Shown here in pieces: positions 25,853 to 38,942 of a DNA stretch of 64,000 nt. Within the stretch, counting starts at the first letter, position 1. Each line of letters opens with the position of its first letter. This DNA comes from Anthoceros angustus (lineage: Eukaryota; Plantae; Anthocerotophyta): NCBI GenBank assembly GCA_010909165.1, contig MU008155.1, positions 186,001 through 250,000 of the forward strand, given 5' to 3'. The position numbers and the translations under genes were made by a program. The notes under the pieces were generated by a model. That model saw only the letters and a program-made list of their open reading frames with translations, was not told the origin of the DNA and did no database searches.

Positions 25853-26105
25853 TAACAAAATATGTAATAGATGCAGATCAATTACGTATTAAGTAATTAC
25901 ATTGTTATATATTCATAGAAGAATAGAGTAGTTAAAACAAGCAAGCAACTGAACTTAACTTAACTACGAAAAGGCATGATCTTTGGCCAACGGATGTAAC
26001 CCTGATGAAAAGGTAAGTAGCTAGATTAAAACTAGTTGCACACACATACTATATATCGGAATATAACTAAGCCCTAAGTAATGACTCAACATTCTATCTC
26101 CAATA
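25853..26105 (-). repeat. 5' LTR of copia-C
   Basis: Directly followed on the minus strand by TGGTATCAGAGC (tRNA-iMet PBS). Confidence 0.95.
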
Positions 26106-27280
26106 AACCTGTGCATCCGGGTCATATGGAATGGTTGAAACCATCACGGAAGGAGTCGGAATAACCACATTTGGGAGGTCTTCAGCATCTTTGTCCGATT
26201 CCTGCGCCCCAGATCCTTCGTTGTCTGAATGCCCCTGAACAAATGGTAAAGCCCCATCTTCCTCGTCTGATGGGCCAAGCTCACTCTCCGCATGCTCTTC
26301 CTCCATACCTTCCACCATATCATCAGTTTTGCATATGGAGGCTTGGGCTCGACGCATAGAAACCTCCCTCTTGTGGGCCCTCATAGTTTGTGTAATCTTT
26401 TCGCAGATAGCTCGTATGAGTGCCCTCCCAACCAGTGGTGCTTGGAAGATGGTAGCACAACATGTCCACAACGTCAGTGACTCTCACCTGTGAAGAAATG
26501 GCAACTACAAAGATGACAAGAGGTGCAATTCTGGACAATCCTCACTGTCGGCTGTCGCATGGAATCGCGGAAATCCTCAACAAGGCCAGTAGGTGCACAT
26601 TTCTTCCAATGAAACCCTTTCAGGCTTAGAACAACAGACTTATACATATGCGGATCCTGTGAAACTTCCTCAAATTGATATGCCTTTGTGGTGCACAAAA
26701 AAGTGAACTCTGGCTCCCCTTCATTGAAGTCTAGTGTAGCCCAAACAACCTAGCCCGCTCTTGCTCTCTGATTTGGCAGAGCCACCCTATACCCCATGAT
26801 TCACAACTTCAACGAAGGGGTCCAAGGCGCAGTGCCGTCAGCTGGTTGTGGATCCTGCACAAGCATCGAGTCCTTCTCCACAACAACAACATTGTCGAGT
26901 TGCTCTGATACACGCCTGATGTGGACAATCTCTTCATAGTCAGGGTGAGGGAATCGGAATGAATAGGTTGTTTGGCCTTACCCCTTCGTTCCTCCAGCAA
27001 CCTTCGTTGAACTGATTTTCGCTGAGGATACGCTGCCCGATTTTGCTTGTCCCCCCGAAGAATGTTGGCCCCCCCTCAGCTGTTGGAGTGTGGGTTCGGA
27101 TGGCAAGGTGTCTTCAGGCGGCGACCTCGATGGAGGTGCCTCGCCGAAGTCCGCCGTGGGCGCGGGTAGCGCTCTCGCCTTCGAGCCTCCTCTTGTCTTC
27201 TTGGGCTTCTGCCGCATGGCGGGCATGTATCTTCCTCCATCGGCTGGTCCTTCTTGCTCCTCCTACCGCTTGCCATCTTC
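26106..27280 (-). pseudogene. Probable 5' part of the Sola-element ORF, upstream of the copia-C insertion
   Basis: Run of minus-strand ORF pieces. The last one joins in frame to 19015 when copia-C is removed (...PYDPDAQV|IMRGDYPP...). Confidence 0.5.
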
Positions 27281-29194
27281 AAACTCTGCAATGCCAACCA
27301 ACACCACTCCGTAATCATAAATTGGATGCACAAATAGCCCTGGAGACCGCAAACTCACATGTTCCGTAGGTCGTCTACCTCAAAGGGAACTTGGCGCCGC
27401 TCCAAAGCAAGCTTGCGGCAGTCATAGCGGCGGAGTTGCGCTTGGAATCATAGACACAAACGCGCAAGTAGCTGGCCTTGCAGACTGCTGCCTTCAAGTT
27501 TGGAGAAGACGATGCCGTAACGCGAACTGTGAAGTAACGTGACCTGTGCCTGTAGGGTTTCCTTGCAAACCCCGTAATGGTTTTGAAAATCATGATTTTC
27601 TTAAATAACCCGCTATCTTAAACCCAATTTTGACCATAGTTTATTATTTAAGGCTGTCGGCTAGCCGCCTTCCACTTTTGCGCCACGTGGCGGCTGCAAT
27701 GATGCAAAGATTTCCCATTAGAATCTGTGCACGGCCCGCCGTCATCCACTTCATTGTCCGCACATATTTTGAGGCAATCCCATCAACAACTTAGGCAGGG
27801 AGCACTAAGGGCATGCGAAGGCATGCACGCCATAACCGACCGCCCCGACGCCATTCAGTAAAGCTCATGGAGGGAGGCTTTTGATATCCGCTAGCCTCCA
27901 CCTTCTGCTCTGCAAAGTCTTGTGCGTTGCTCTGTTGCGCATTGCGATAAATGTATGCGATGTTGCATTTGACGCACACGCCTGCGGGAGATGAGGTTGG
28001 TCTTGTTTCGCCATTGTCATTTCTCTGCATACCATTGATGATACATTATGCGAATTGTCTAAAGACAATGCCTAGGGCACAGGACGTTGAAGTGGAGGAC
28101 CTGGCCCCCTCGCAATTCCAAAGGAATGCAGACATTGTCCGGAGTAAAAAGAGGCTCGCTATCTTGAACGCTCCTCCAAGTTCACATATTCCGGTGCAAA
28201 ACCCACGGAGTCCTCCACCTGAAGGTTCGTTGTGGTTGCCAGCTTTTCCCAACCTAGTAACCAGACCTCAAAACCTCTCGATCAGGCTTACAAATTGGAG
28301 TCGTTCCTTCTTAAGTGCCATCGATGGCGCTTAGACCTTTTGGAAGAGCAAGTCAGATAGCTTGTTAAGTCTTTGTTGGCACCGCCCATGTAGACTCTGC
28401 ACCAAGGCGTCGACACTTGGCATCACCAAATATGCCGCGGGGTGTGCCTCACACCCCCAGGAATTTGCATCTATACGCAACCATTGAGGGGAGCCCATCT
28501 ACACGCCTGCCGGAGCCTAATTTGAGAGTTTTCATCCCTGAACTGTGTGTGGATGGACCACCTGTCGCATGCAGGGGATTGTTTGATGGTGGTCACGTCA
28601 GAAGGCCTCCCACACCGCAGCAGGGTGTATGTCCGCTTTGGTGTACCATGTTATGTATTAAAAAAATAAGTGACCCAAGCGGCACAGTGACATAATTGGC
28701 CATAATTTGAGTGTTATTCGAAAATAGTCAAATGGCTAAGTATATATGTCGAATACATTTCGAATGTGTACCGTTCGTACCAGCGTGAAGCTGACAGCGC
28801 GGCTGCCACGCCATCATCTTCATGCCCTGGCGGAGTGAAGCCACTCTGTCACCAAAGTGCCTCCATTTACGCGCGAGAGTGCCCAAGCACAGCAATTTCT
28901 TCGGCGTTTGCATGCCTACCTAGAGAATGCGGTCCCCTCGACTAGAGCAGCGGCAAAAGGGGAGGGAAGGCGCTAGAGCTGGAAGCAACCCAGCAAGGTG
29001 TGTATTTTTTGGCTCTCTCAATGCTGGCGGGTCCCTAAGCGTGATTGTTTTGCGAGAGCGGCTCCCGTCAATGTGAAGGTGGGAACACCTCCCAAACATT
29101 GGGCTCCTGCTCGACTGCAAGGGGGAGCAGCAAAGGAGCATCCGGCCTAGTCTCCAGGTTCCAATTTCCCACTCGGATGCCAGTTACGCTGTGT

Positions 29195-29806
29195 TGTGGC
29201 TTGTGTGGTTTGGTCCAGGGTATCTGGAATAGGTGTGGCATCTGTCTGCAGTGTGATGAGCTACAGCTTTGTGGCAGGTCAGCTTGGCATGTGTGCCTCC
29301 AAGTGTGTGCAAGCGTGCGAATTGCTACTCCACTCGATCTTGCTCTCTGTGGCAATGTAAGGTCATGAGCTACTGATTCATGCAGGCATGCAAATTGCAT
29401 GCTCGATTACTGAGATAAGAGCCATCTCCTTTGCCTCTTGCAGCTAAAGTGGCTTAAATACATTTGTATGCGGTGTATATTTGTCTTACACATGGTGTGC
29501 GGATTGCGTGGTTTGGTCCAGGTATCCCGGAATAGGTGTGGCATCCGTCTCAGCAGTGAGCGACTTTGTGGCAGGTCACCTTGGCATGTGTGCCTCAAGT
29601 GTGTGCAAGGCGACTACTCCACTCGATCGGGCTTCAGGTGGGTAATGTGCAGTCATGAGCTACATTACATGCGGGCATGCAAATTGTATGTTCTCGATCA
29701 TACAAGGGATAAGAGCCATCTCCTTTGCCTCTTGCGCGACTAAAGTGGCTAGTCTGCTTTGTGTGCGGTGTAGTGTCTATGACTTGTTTCCATATGGTGT
29801 GCGGAT
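29195..29806. repeat. About 300-bp diverged tandem duplication
   Basis: GTGGTTTGGTCCAGG...GATAAGAGCCATCTCCTTTGCCTCTTGC...ATGGTGTGCGGATT occurs twice. Confidence 0.85.
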
Positions 29807-30589
29807 TAAGGCCTGGTTTGGGGTAGGACGGCTCAACATGTGTGGCTGCGGGTGTATGCGAGTGTGCAGGTTGGCGATGTGCGGACGTGAGCTGCTCTTT
29901 TGTGTGCATGTGCAAGATACGTATGCGTGCAGCTGCGCTGTGGCAATTAGAGCATGTGCCTGAATGATATGATGGGCGTTTGTGGTCTGGTGAATGATTT
30001 TCCAGTTGATAGGCTCCGGGAAGTGATTGGCTATGCATGAGGGTTGTGGCTACTGGGTTTTGTGAGGTGGGTGCAAGCATGCTTTGGTGCTCACTTAAGT
30101 GAGGAACGGACGAAACACTCTTAATTTGTCCTCTCTATGTTCATATAAATATATGTAATTCATTTCGTCCCGGATGTATCTAATTTTTTACGACTTATAG
30201 ACAGTTATTGTATTTGGCGTTAATATATAAATATATAGATTATTAGAATATCCATTTCACATAAACAAATGTTGAGTTCACTTGGGGTTTGTCCACAGAC
30301 ACAAAGTTAATTTAGCCACAATTGTGATGAATCAGCCATGGCCGCTCATCGGTTTATGGCGGAATTTGAATTGGATTATTTACCTAGTGGATCGGGTTGC
30401 GTACCACCGCTCAACTCTGGCATTAACAAGTCAACCTCCAAAATGTACCAAGGCCTAGGAAATCGCTGGTTGCGGACTCCACTCGGCAAGGTCGGTGCCA
30501 TGGCGGCACATGCACTACATCCATCGGCCACGCGAAACTGTGATCTCCTCCACTCCGGGAGCGGATGCAGCTGAATCCAGTTTGGTTGC

Positions 30590-31446
30590 AACATACGGCC
30601 GCGGCCACGGCCCAGCGCGGCTCGGCCTGCGGCGCGTCGCGGCGGGCGCCGCTGCGCGCGCCCGCGCGCCCGCGGCGCCAGAAACTCAAAGCGCCCGCAG
30701 GCGCGCAAAAACGCGGCGCGCAGCGGGCGCGACGACGCCGCCAGCCTCGCGGCCCGTGGGCTGGCCTCGCGGGCTCGCCGGCTGGCGCGCCCAGCGTCAG
30801 CGCTGGCAGCGCGCCCAGCGCCCGGCAGCGTCCGGCCTTCCAAGCGCCCAGCGTCACGCGCTCCGTGCGCCCAGCGGCTGCTGACGGGCAGCTCGCCGCG
30901 TGGCCAGCCGGGTCCGTCTTTGCCGCCCGCCCGCCGCGGCCCGGGCCTCCGTGTCTTCACGGCCTCCGCCCGTGCCGCAGCCCGCGCCCGCCTGACGCGG
31001 CCTCCACGGCCAAGGCCTCGCGGTGCACAGCTCGCGCCGGTCGCGCCTTGACGCCACGCTCAGCCTTGCCCGCTCGCGCCTCGCGGCGTTTATGTACGCC
31101 CGCGATCGGATCACCTGCAATTTCCGAAATTGCCCGATGCAGAAAATTCTAGCATCACAACACAACCAAACCAAAGCTACCGATGCAGTTGAAGGATCGT
31201 GTGGCGGCACATGATGGTGGAAAGAGGAGAGGAGAGGAGAGGCAAGTGTAACTCTCTCCCATTGAGATGAGGCTTGGAGGGTATTTATACCTCCAATAGG
31301 GCTCCCTAAGGCTCACAAGAAGCCCCTAGGAAGGAGCACAAGAAGCTTCCTAGTGATTAGCTTCAGCTAAACTAATGATACTTAACTGACACCTAACTTA
31401 GACTAAGTGTATTAGTCTAAGTACATTGGGCTTTAATACCCTTACA
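30590..31446 (-). repeat. LTR-like fragment with a GC-rich block; left boundary undefined
   Basis: Minus strand starts TGTAAGGGTATTAAAGCCCAA at 31446 and has TATAAATA at about 31282-31289 followed by a CT-rich tract. Confidence 0.4.
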
Positions 31447-31930
31447 TGTAGTCCTTTTGAGATGGGAGGAAATTCAGCACTGGACGTGGTATCCATGCTA
31501 AATGCTGAAATTTTCGATACTACCACTAGAGATCCACGCCGATTCATTGAGCAGTTGAAGGCTAGGCATGAGATTGCCAAAGGAATTTTAGCCAAGGCTC
31601 AAGCACGCCAAGAAATATACGATAGACACAAGAGAGAAACCTCAACATTAGGGATAAAGTATGGGTGAAATTGAAGCATTTCCCATTACCTCAAGGATTA
31701 ACTCTTAACTTAAGGCCAAGATATGGTGGTCCATTTGTAGTCTTGAAGCGCATTGGAGAAGTGGCTTACAAGTTACAACTGCCCGAATGGATTTTTGCAC
31801 ACAATGTGTTTCATGTATCACTACTGAAACCATTTGTGCTAGGCAAAGAGAAAGAAGACATGGACAAGAAGAAGTACAGTGTTCTCGTGCAGCATAATCA
31901 AGGACTGCGGGAAATTGAGGAAATCCCACG
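31447..31930 (+). pseudogene. Ty3/gypsy (chromovirus-like) integrase C-terminal fragment
   Basis: SPFE...AQARQ...LRPRYGGPFVVLKRIGEVAYKLQLP...HNVFHVSLLKPF. Confidence 0.85.
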
Positions 31931-34900
31931 CAACTTTATCATATATTGTGGTACGATTCCACGTTTTGTAGGCACGCTACTCTCTGCAAGGACCTAGGAG
32001 CATGAACCCATATGATTCATGCCTCCTAGTGCATTCCCAGACGGTTCATCCAAAGAAAAGAGCAAAGTCTAAAAACCCAAAAACCCAAAAAAACCCAAAA
32101 ATCCATTTTTTAAGTGCGCAAGACTTGCCCTAAAATTTGATATTTTGTGAATTTTTTGGTTTTTTTTATATTATTGTTTTAAAGGGTTCCTTTCGACGTT
32201 TTCAACCTTTTTGTGCACCTCTAATGTGGATATGTTCTTATCTTTACTTAGCCCTCATCTTCTTTCTAGTGGTTAAAACTTTGAACTAGTAGTGAGAACC
32301 TTTTGCATCTTTTGAATCTTGATCTGATTAGGCGTGGGCCCAACTCAAGTCTGAGACCATGCCACTCTCGTTCTCATGCCTGCGGATCAAGAGCATCGAG
32401 TCAACGGATATTATTGTCAATGTCTAAGAAATAAAGTCCTGTAAAATTCCCGGGCGAGAGTATAGTCTTAGGATTGGTTGGTATGAATGAAAGGTTGGTG
32501 CGCAAGCAGTTTGCGCACCAAATCTAGCAGTCCTAAAAACTCTAAGCGTTTGTACGTCAACACACGGCAATGATTGCTAGGTGTTGGAAGCTATTAGATG
32601 TAAGTGCGCATAAGTTTGCGCCGCAGTGTGTCGATTTGAAAGAAAAGTCGAGCGAGAATGGGACTTTAGGTTTTGCCACGTGCTTGCAATCTACAATCTC
32701 AAATACGTGTCAAAACAATTATTCAAAGGTTGCGGGTGACATGTCTGCAGAGAAATACCAAAAGGGTGATTATAGTCACGGATTTTTCAAGTGCAAAAGG
32801 GGTCACGTCGTGTGCAAAAAGGTTTCGGGAGAAACAACTTTCACATCTTTTGAAGGTCGAGAAGCCGTTGCAACCATTATCGGAGAACGAAGAGCCTAAC
32901 ACACTAAAACTATTGAAGTCGTTTGATGAGGGACCAAGGACAAGCAAGAAGAAAGTATCTTGGAATTTGAAGATATGTGGAGGTCAATAAGAGACTTAAG
33001 TGAACAGGATGTGGCTGTCACAATTTTCATTGATATAACTCTTCAGTTTTATATCCTCTGCTCATAAGAGTAGATAGGCACGTGCTACTCTTCAAAGTTT
33101 TTGCTCAACACAGTGGATGGGTGGTAGCTCTTCATGAGTGATAACTCTTCTTGTTTGTGAGAGGTGGCTTCTCATGTTTGTGATGTAGTTTTGATCATGT
33201 CTGTGACTTCCAGTTCACAAGGAAAAGACATAAATTTACAGGCTTCCACCCCAAATCTGCCTTGTAAAAATAGCCCTTGCACTAAACAGATACCTTCCAG
33301 CTCTATGAAACTGGAACTTTACAACGTGCCTCCAACCTTGTAAAACTTAAACTCAGCCGCAATGTGCATCGTGCCTTGTAGAACTTGCATTGAAGCCTCA
33401 CGCTACCACATCCTGCAGTGCTAGCATATCCCACATTAGACATCACCAATAAATGGGCAACGCAAAACACTTAAGGCAGAATTCGGATCGCTTCACTCAA
33501 CGGCAATAAACCCTCAACCCAGCATCACTTGCCCAAGCGAACAGCAACATACCATTTCCTTGAAATCTCCTAACCTGGGATCGTTTACCCCACTCCTAAC
33601 TGTGATTATATAACCCGTTGACTAAGATACCTGGCACCATCGAACGGGACTTTTTAAGGCCCGCGGCCGGTACTTCTTAGGGCATGGTAACATGATGCAC
33701 ATTTGATGGGCATGGAAATAGGGAGGGCATGGGTACCTACGGCCATGCGGTACGGTGAGTGGCAAACTTTAAAGGCCTTCGGTGATTGATAGGCATGCCG
33801 CGGAGTGGTGTGAGGGGTGTAGGATCTAGTGGTCGGGTGTTCGAATCCAGATGCACAAAAAGCCTTGGAACCTTGGAAGAAAACCTGAAAACCCCACAAT
33901 ACATATGCGATAAACAGGGTTGCCCCGCGCCGGCAGTGTGCCCCGCATGTTTTAAAAGCCATGGACCATGAATGTCTAAACGTACTAGCGGGGTGGATGA
34001 GCAATTACCCAAGATATGTCCCAGTTCAGGGTTCACATACCACATTTGTGGACCTGGTCCAGAGAATGGTAGACACCTTGTGGGATCCGATTGTCCGTAG
34101 ATCTAGTTCGTTAACCCCACAACGTCGGGACGACTCAAATTGGACCGTTTTGCGTCGAGCTGCATCTGCATCTGCGTCTGCTTGGAACAAGCGCTTTTGG
34201 CGACAAAATCACCATTAAAACGATGAGAGAGTACATATGGATCACTGCTTCTCATCGTACATATGAATCGGCATAGAAGTGGTGGGAAACTTTTGAAACC
34301 TGCAGCTTGAGATGTCCGAACCGCAGCTCTTCCGGCCCCGCGATGGCGATGACCGCGTGCCGCACTGCGTTCAGTTAACTTAGACGCTACACTGCAGGTG
34401 CCCGGTTCCCCAAGTCTGGAGCCCAGTTTCCACTACGTTGCCACATAGATAGTCTATCGTGAATGTGATAGGTCGTTGCTGTATTTGTTCTTCTGAAGAC
34501 ATTTGCCGCTCTGATGGTATATTGTGCCGAGTGGATGTGGGATGAGAGCTATCACATAGTGTAGCTTTGATTATTTCGATCGATATGCTGAATCCTACCA
34601 CTCGGTAGGATGAGACAAATGAGAGTCCCTTGGAAAGGGTGATGACACCCCTCATTTTTGTAGAATTTAAAATTATTTAATTTACAATAAAAGCTTAAAA
34701 TTTATTTCTTGTTATTTTTCGGCCAACACCTTCCTTATGGGTTAAGCCCTCTCTCGCTTGTGGTACTCCAGGTTGAAAGGTTGGGTTAAATCTAAACAGT
34801 TGGATGGAACGGATTGCGAAAAGGCGGGAAAGCCAACATGTCCAACAACCACAGGTAAGCTTTTCACTAATCTTCATTTACTAGGGAAAACGTACCGTAC

Positions 34901-35190
34901 GCATATAAAGTTCATACACCTTGTTTCAGGTACATACATAATCGGTGGACATGTGGACTGTTACGGCCATGCGAAATTGAGGGAAGTGTTTTACTTCAGT
35001 ACCTAGTACAGAACGTCAATCATGTATGTACACAAGTAGTGTTGGCTTGAGCTTTGAAACTTTCGGATGGAGCGAAAGCTAACATTACTACCAAAACTGC
35101 TCCGTCTAGCTTGCTACGCCCACTTGCCCAGTATCGCAGACTGCAGGCACACACTACCGGGGAGAAGACTCTTCTCGATACCAGGTGCGT

Positions 35191-37161
35191 TCATCTCTGA
35201 CCTTTGGGAGCCCACACCGTCTTGGCCGTTATGATCACTGAACCGCCATCCTTCCGAAGCGTATGCCACAAACGTGAACTCCCATCCGGACTAATGGTTG
35301 CCGTCCGAGATGCTGGTTGTGCGGAGGACTCGATTGCACCTTTACTAGCCAACGAGGTGTCCTCCGGACTAGTGAGGGAAACCACTATATCTTGCTGATG
35401 ACATTCCCGTCGGTACTCCATTGTTATGCTTCTTAGTTCGGATGCGTCTAGCACCTCAGATGGTACGCTCTGCATCAAATTTCGCAGTTCTTAGGGAAAA
35501 CCCTGCGAGCTCGTGCATAAAGCACACAACAGGGAACAAGGTGGCGGAAACAAACCTCGAGTATCCAGGGAATGTACTTGACATTGTTTACGTGTTGGTT
35601 TAAGTCCAGATCATTTCGGTGGGGCTGCACGTTTCGTAGAGTATGGTTCAGAACATGGTGTATCGCAAACACATCAGCCCGGAATCCCCGCATGCCAAAC
35701 CGAGGAGTCCTTATCACTAGCCTTCGCTAACATAGGATGGAAACGAACATCTCACCTTCAGGCCAGGTTGCACGTAGGTCGCCGACTCATCCAGCTCCCG
35801 GATCTTTTGGAAAACTTCAGTTGAGATGGCATGCTTGTCGTTGAAAAATGGAGTGATTTCCTCTCTCACTTTGCTGGGCATTCTTGCCATTCTCCGGGTC
35901 TGCATGTTCATGAGCACCCACTGACTGCCACAACCATTGTCCGGACAAGCATTCCAAGTAAGGTCAAGGGCCATTCACTGGACAGAAAAGCCATCTACCG
36001 AAGACCCCGCTGTTACCTAGTTCCTCGGGCAATAACTCGTCGTGTATCAAGATCACGAGCTATCCAGTCCCTTCGCATGCCATGTGATGCCTGACCGTGT
36101 GAAGCTACCCATGAGTCTATCTCTATCATACTGCCCCTGAAAAAAGCACACTCAAATTCAGAAAATGCGAAACCACAAGGATCGGTCAAGGGACCCCAAA
36201 AGAGTCTGTCAGCGGTGCGCCAATACCAGAAAGGCCAGCTGTAGAAGGTGGACACCATGGGATTGGTAATCACAAGCATGTGGAACAACAAAGCTGCGGA
36301 GAGGGAATCTGTACCATGCAGGATATTGGTCAACTTCCACATGCATGCGCCTCACCACCCAAATCAATCCACACTCAAACATAGCCTTCGTTGTGCCAAA
36401 ACCCTCTGCCCCGATCCCTGAGTATAGGACATGGTTCAGCGCAACCTCCTGTCAAGGACCAAAAACACAAGCAGGGTTAGACGACGTGGTGGAATCAGAA
36501 TCTGAAGATACTCGTACCAGTAATTGCGGTTGGGATCTGTCACCTGGAAAAGATTTGTGACGGTTTCAATGGATGCGGCTTTGTCGGCTCCTACTTCGGA
36601 GTAACGAATCACAAATGCCTGTCTGTAAATTCTCTTATTCTGAATGAGGCAACCCTTCCTAAGAGCTTCTACCGGCCTAATCTCTGTCACGTTTGGCTCC
36701 AGAATGAAATTTGAGAGAGCTACCCTCAGCGCGCTCAGCACATCAGCAGAGGGCAGCCTGACAACTTCGCTGGAAGGAGCGATGTCGGGGGAGCTCACAC
36801 CTTGAGCTTCCGGCAGCTTGCTACTGACGACATTACTCCCGCTAGATCCCTTCATGTCCAACATCTTTCCAAAGCCTGCTCCAACCAGCGGAAGGTTTCG
36901 CCAGTCCCCGAACATTTTCGATCCCACTGTGCCCCAATCTCCAAGACCTGCGCGGGCATACGATTTTCTGATGACAGGCGACCTCATCTTTAAGTCCTGC
37001 AACGGGGGGAAGGAAGCAGCAGCGCTGTGAAGACTGTGGCAAACTGTGCTCCTCACATCACTATCCGCAGCTGTCCTGAGGATGGCCTCTGTCCTAGCGG
37101 GCAGGTCCCCGAGGGCAGGCGATTGAAGAGCTCCCACAAGGCTGGCCGAAGGGACCGTCAT
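35191..37161 (-). CDS. FATB: Plastid acyl-ACP thioesterase, FatB-like; exons 37161-36544, 36448-36315, 36136-36017, 35924-35756, 35624-35556, 35469-35191
   Basis: YRQAFVIR..EVGADKAASIET, QEVALNHV, GFGTT, LIWVV.RM, YPAWG, GMRRDW, WVLMN..TRR, catalytic DLDLNQHVNNVKY and EYRREC. All five introns are GT-AG and keep frame. Long Ser/Ala-rich N-terminal extension. FatB versus FatA is judged by eye. Confidence 0.93.
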
Positions 37162-38085
37162 TTCAGAATCTCAACAGCGCCACGCGCACCCGATTTTTTG
37201 TCTGGAGATACCAGCAAGCCCCGCAGCCACAACCTGCCTCTGCGGACATCCTTTTTTTACTTAAATAAGGAAGCATCCACATGCAGAGAGTAGAGACAAG
37301 AGCCCTCCGGACGGCAGCCGACAAGCAGCCAGCACAAGCAGCTGAAAACAACCTTAAGGCCTCCATTCCCCGACCTTCTCTTGCTTCCAAGATGGAAAAA
37401 ACAAGGGGATCCGGAGAGGAGCTGGGGGAACAGAAAACGAGCAAGCCTACCAAACCAAAGCAAGCACATCACAGAGCGGAAATTGAGCGGATCTGACTCC
37501 GGATCTTGAGCAGAGCTGGCGAGATTGAGCCGCGCAGCGAGCGGATGCAAAATGCTGAAAATCCAAGGCCAGCAGAGCACAAAACGAGACAGATCCGAGG
37601 CACAGCAAGCCAGACAACAACGAGGCATCAATTGCGCAGAAGCAGCGGCGGCGGCGGCGGCAGGAGCGCGATGGGGTCTCACCTGAGGCGCGGACGAATT
37701 GCAGCAGCGCAGCGCCGGGCGGCTGCGAGAGAAAGGGCGGGAAAGGAGGGGAAGCGGGAATGGCGGGGTGCCGGGTGCCACTGCCGGGGCCGGGGCCAGG
37801 GCGCCGAGACGCCTTTCTCGCATTGGCGCAAAGGCAGGGCTTCCAGCAGCTGGGACCTGTTTCCTTCTTAACACGGCGGCATGCACAGCTAGTTTAGCAG
37901 GTCCGGACAGCAGTGGTGGAGCTTTCGGCGGAGCCACCAAATGCATGGCCAGCTGGCGGGCAGAAGGCTGGAGCCAGGCCAGTCCAGGTAGAGCTGTGAG
38001 TTTCAATGTAAACCGTCCGCTCATCCCCCCTCTCCTCCGCCCCACTCCCCATCGACACCTGCCATTACATATTTATGTGTAATTA

Positions 38086-38942
38086 CCGTACCCCGAGGGA
38101 TGGTTCAACAGGGTAATGCCGAAATAAATATTTTTTTAAATAATGTTCAACATAAATATGTAAAATTTATGAAAAATAATTTAATCAAATTTAAATATTT
38201 ATTAAAATATATAGGTATCTATATAGAACTAATAGATATATATAGACCTCCCCAAAACAGGCCCTAATTTTCTACACAAACCCTAGTTTCCCCAACAACA
38301 TGTAGCTTTTCAAACAAGTCCTAGTTTCTAAGAAGTCCGAGCTTTTCAAACAAGCACTTTTAAAACAAGGTCAACCTGATTTCATTATGCCTTTCTTGTT
38401 TGGGAAAGTGGCTACTTGCAAGCACCCAAACATGGCAACAAACAAACAATCTTTGCTAACATCCATGTTCCGTAAGATTGAGAGAAAGGAGAGGGATGCT
38501 GAAATTGCACGAGATGTGCACTTGCTTTCTACAAGTGTGGCTGGGACTTCACTTGAAAAAGTATCAGAGCCACCACCTATGAAGCAACCAATTGGAAGAC
38601 CTCGCAAGACAACTTGTGAAGCAGTTCTTCTACCAATGAAGAGGATCAAGCAAGACGATGAGGATGTCAGGAGCGATACGCACAAGAAACGAAGAGGTCC
38701 TTATACTAACTGGTTTCAAGACCATTTATGGCCTCATATAGAAGCAAGTGTTAGAAAGCATAGGAATTTTGCTAATGCATTGCATTCTCTTAAGACTGCC
38801 CATGGAAAGCCCGGGATGGACAATCCATATACCAAGTTGAAGCGTGGATTCTTGTACGCTTGGTTTGACTCGAAGACATGTGAGTTGAAACATGCGTACA
38901 AGCTTGCAGTTAGTAAACAATCTACAACATCCGGGCCAACTA
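38086..38942 (+). mobile_element. pogo/Tc2-like DNA transposon, 5' remnant truncated by the gypsy insertion
   Basis: ORF from 38387 with an AT-hook (IGRPRK) and a YTNWF...LW..I segment resembling DDE_1 transposase N-termini; possible TA|CCGTA end at 38084-38090. No catalytic domain is visible. Confidence 0.4.

Larger units (their letters stand above)
19016..26105 (-). mobile_element. Ty1/copia element C, structurally complete (7.09 kb)
   Basis: Two 253-bp LTRs with about 10 differences by eye; PBS 25841-25852; PPT AAGTGGGAG (19269-19277); full gag-PR-INT-RT-RNaseH. Confidence 0.95.

Noticed and set aside
31396-31422. Perfect 11-bp-arm hairpin as a terminator
   Set aside because: It lies in an LTR-like eukaryotic fragment with no supporting context.
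32570-34660. Short ORFs as genes
   Set aside because: No recognisable motifs or consistent exon structure; left unannotated.
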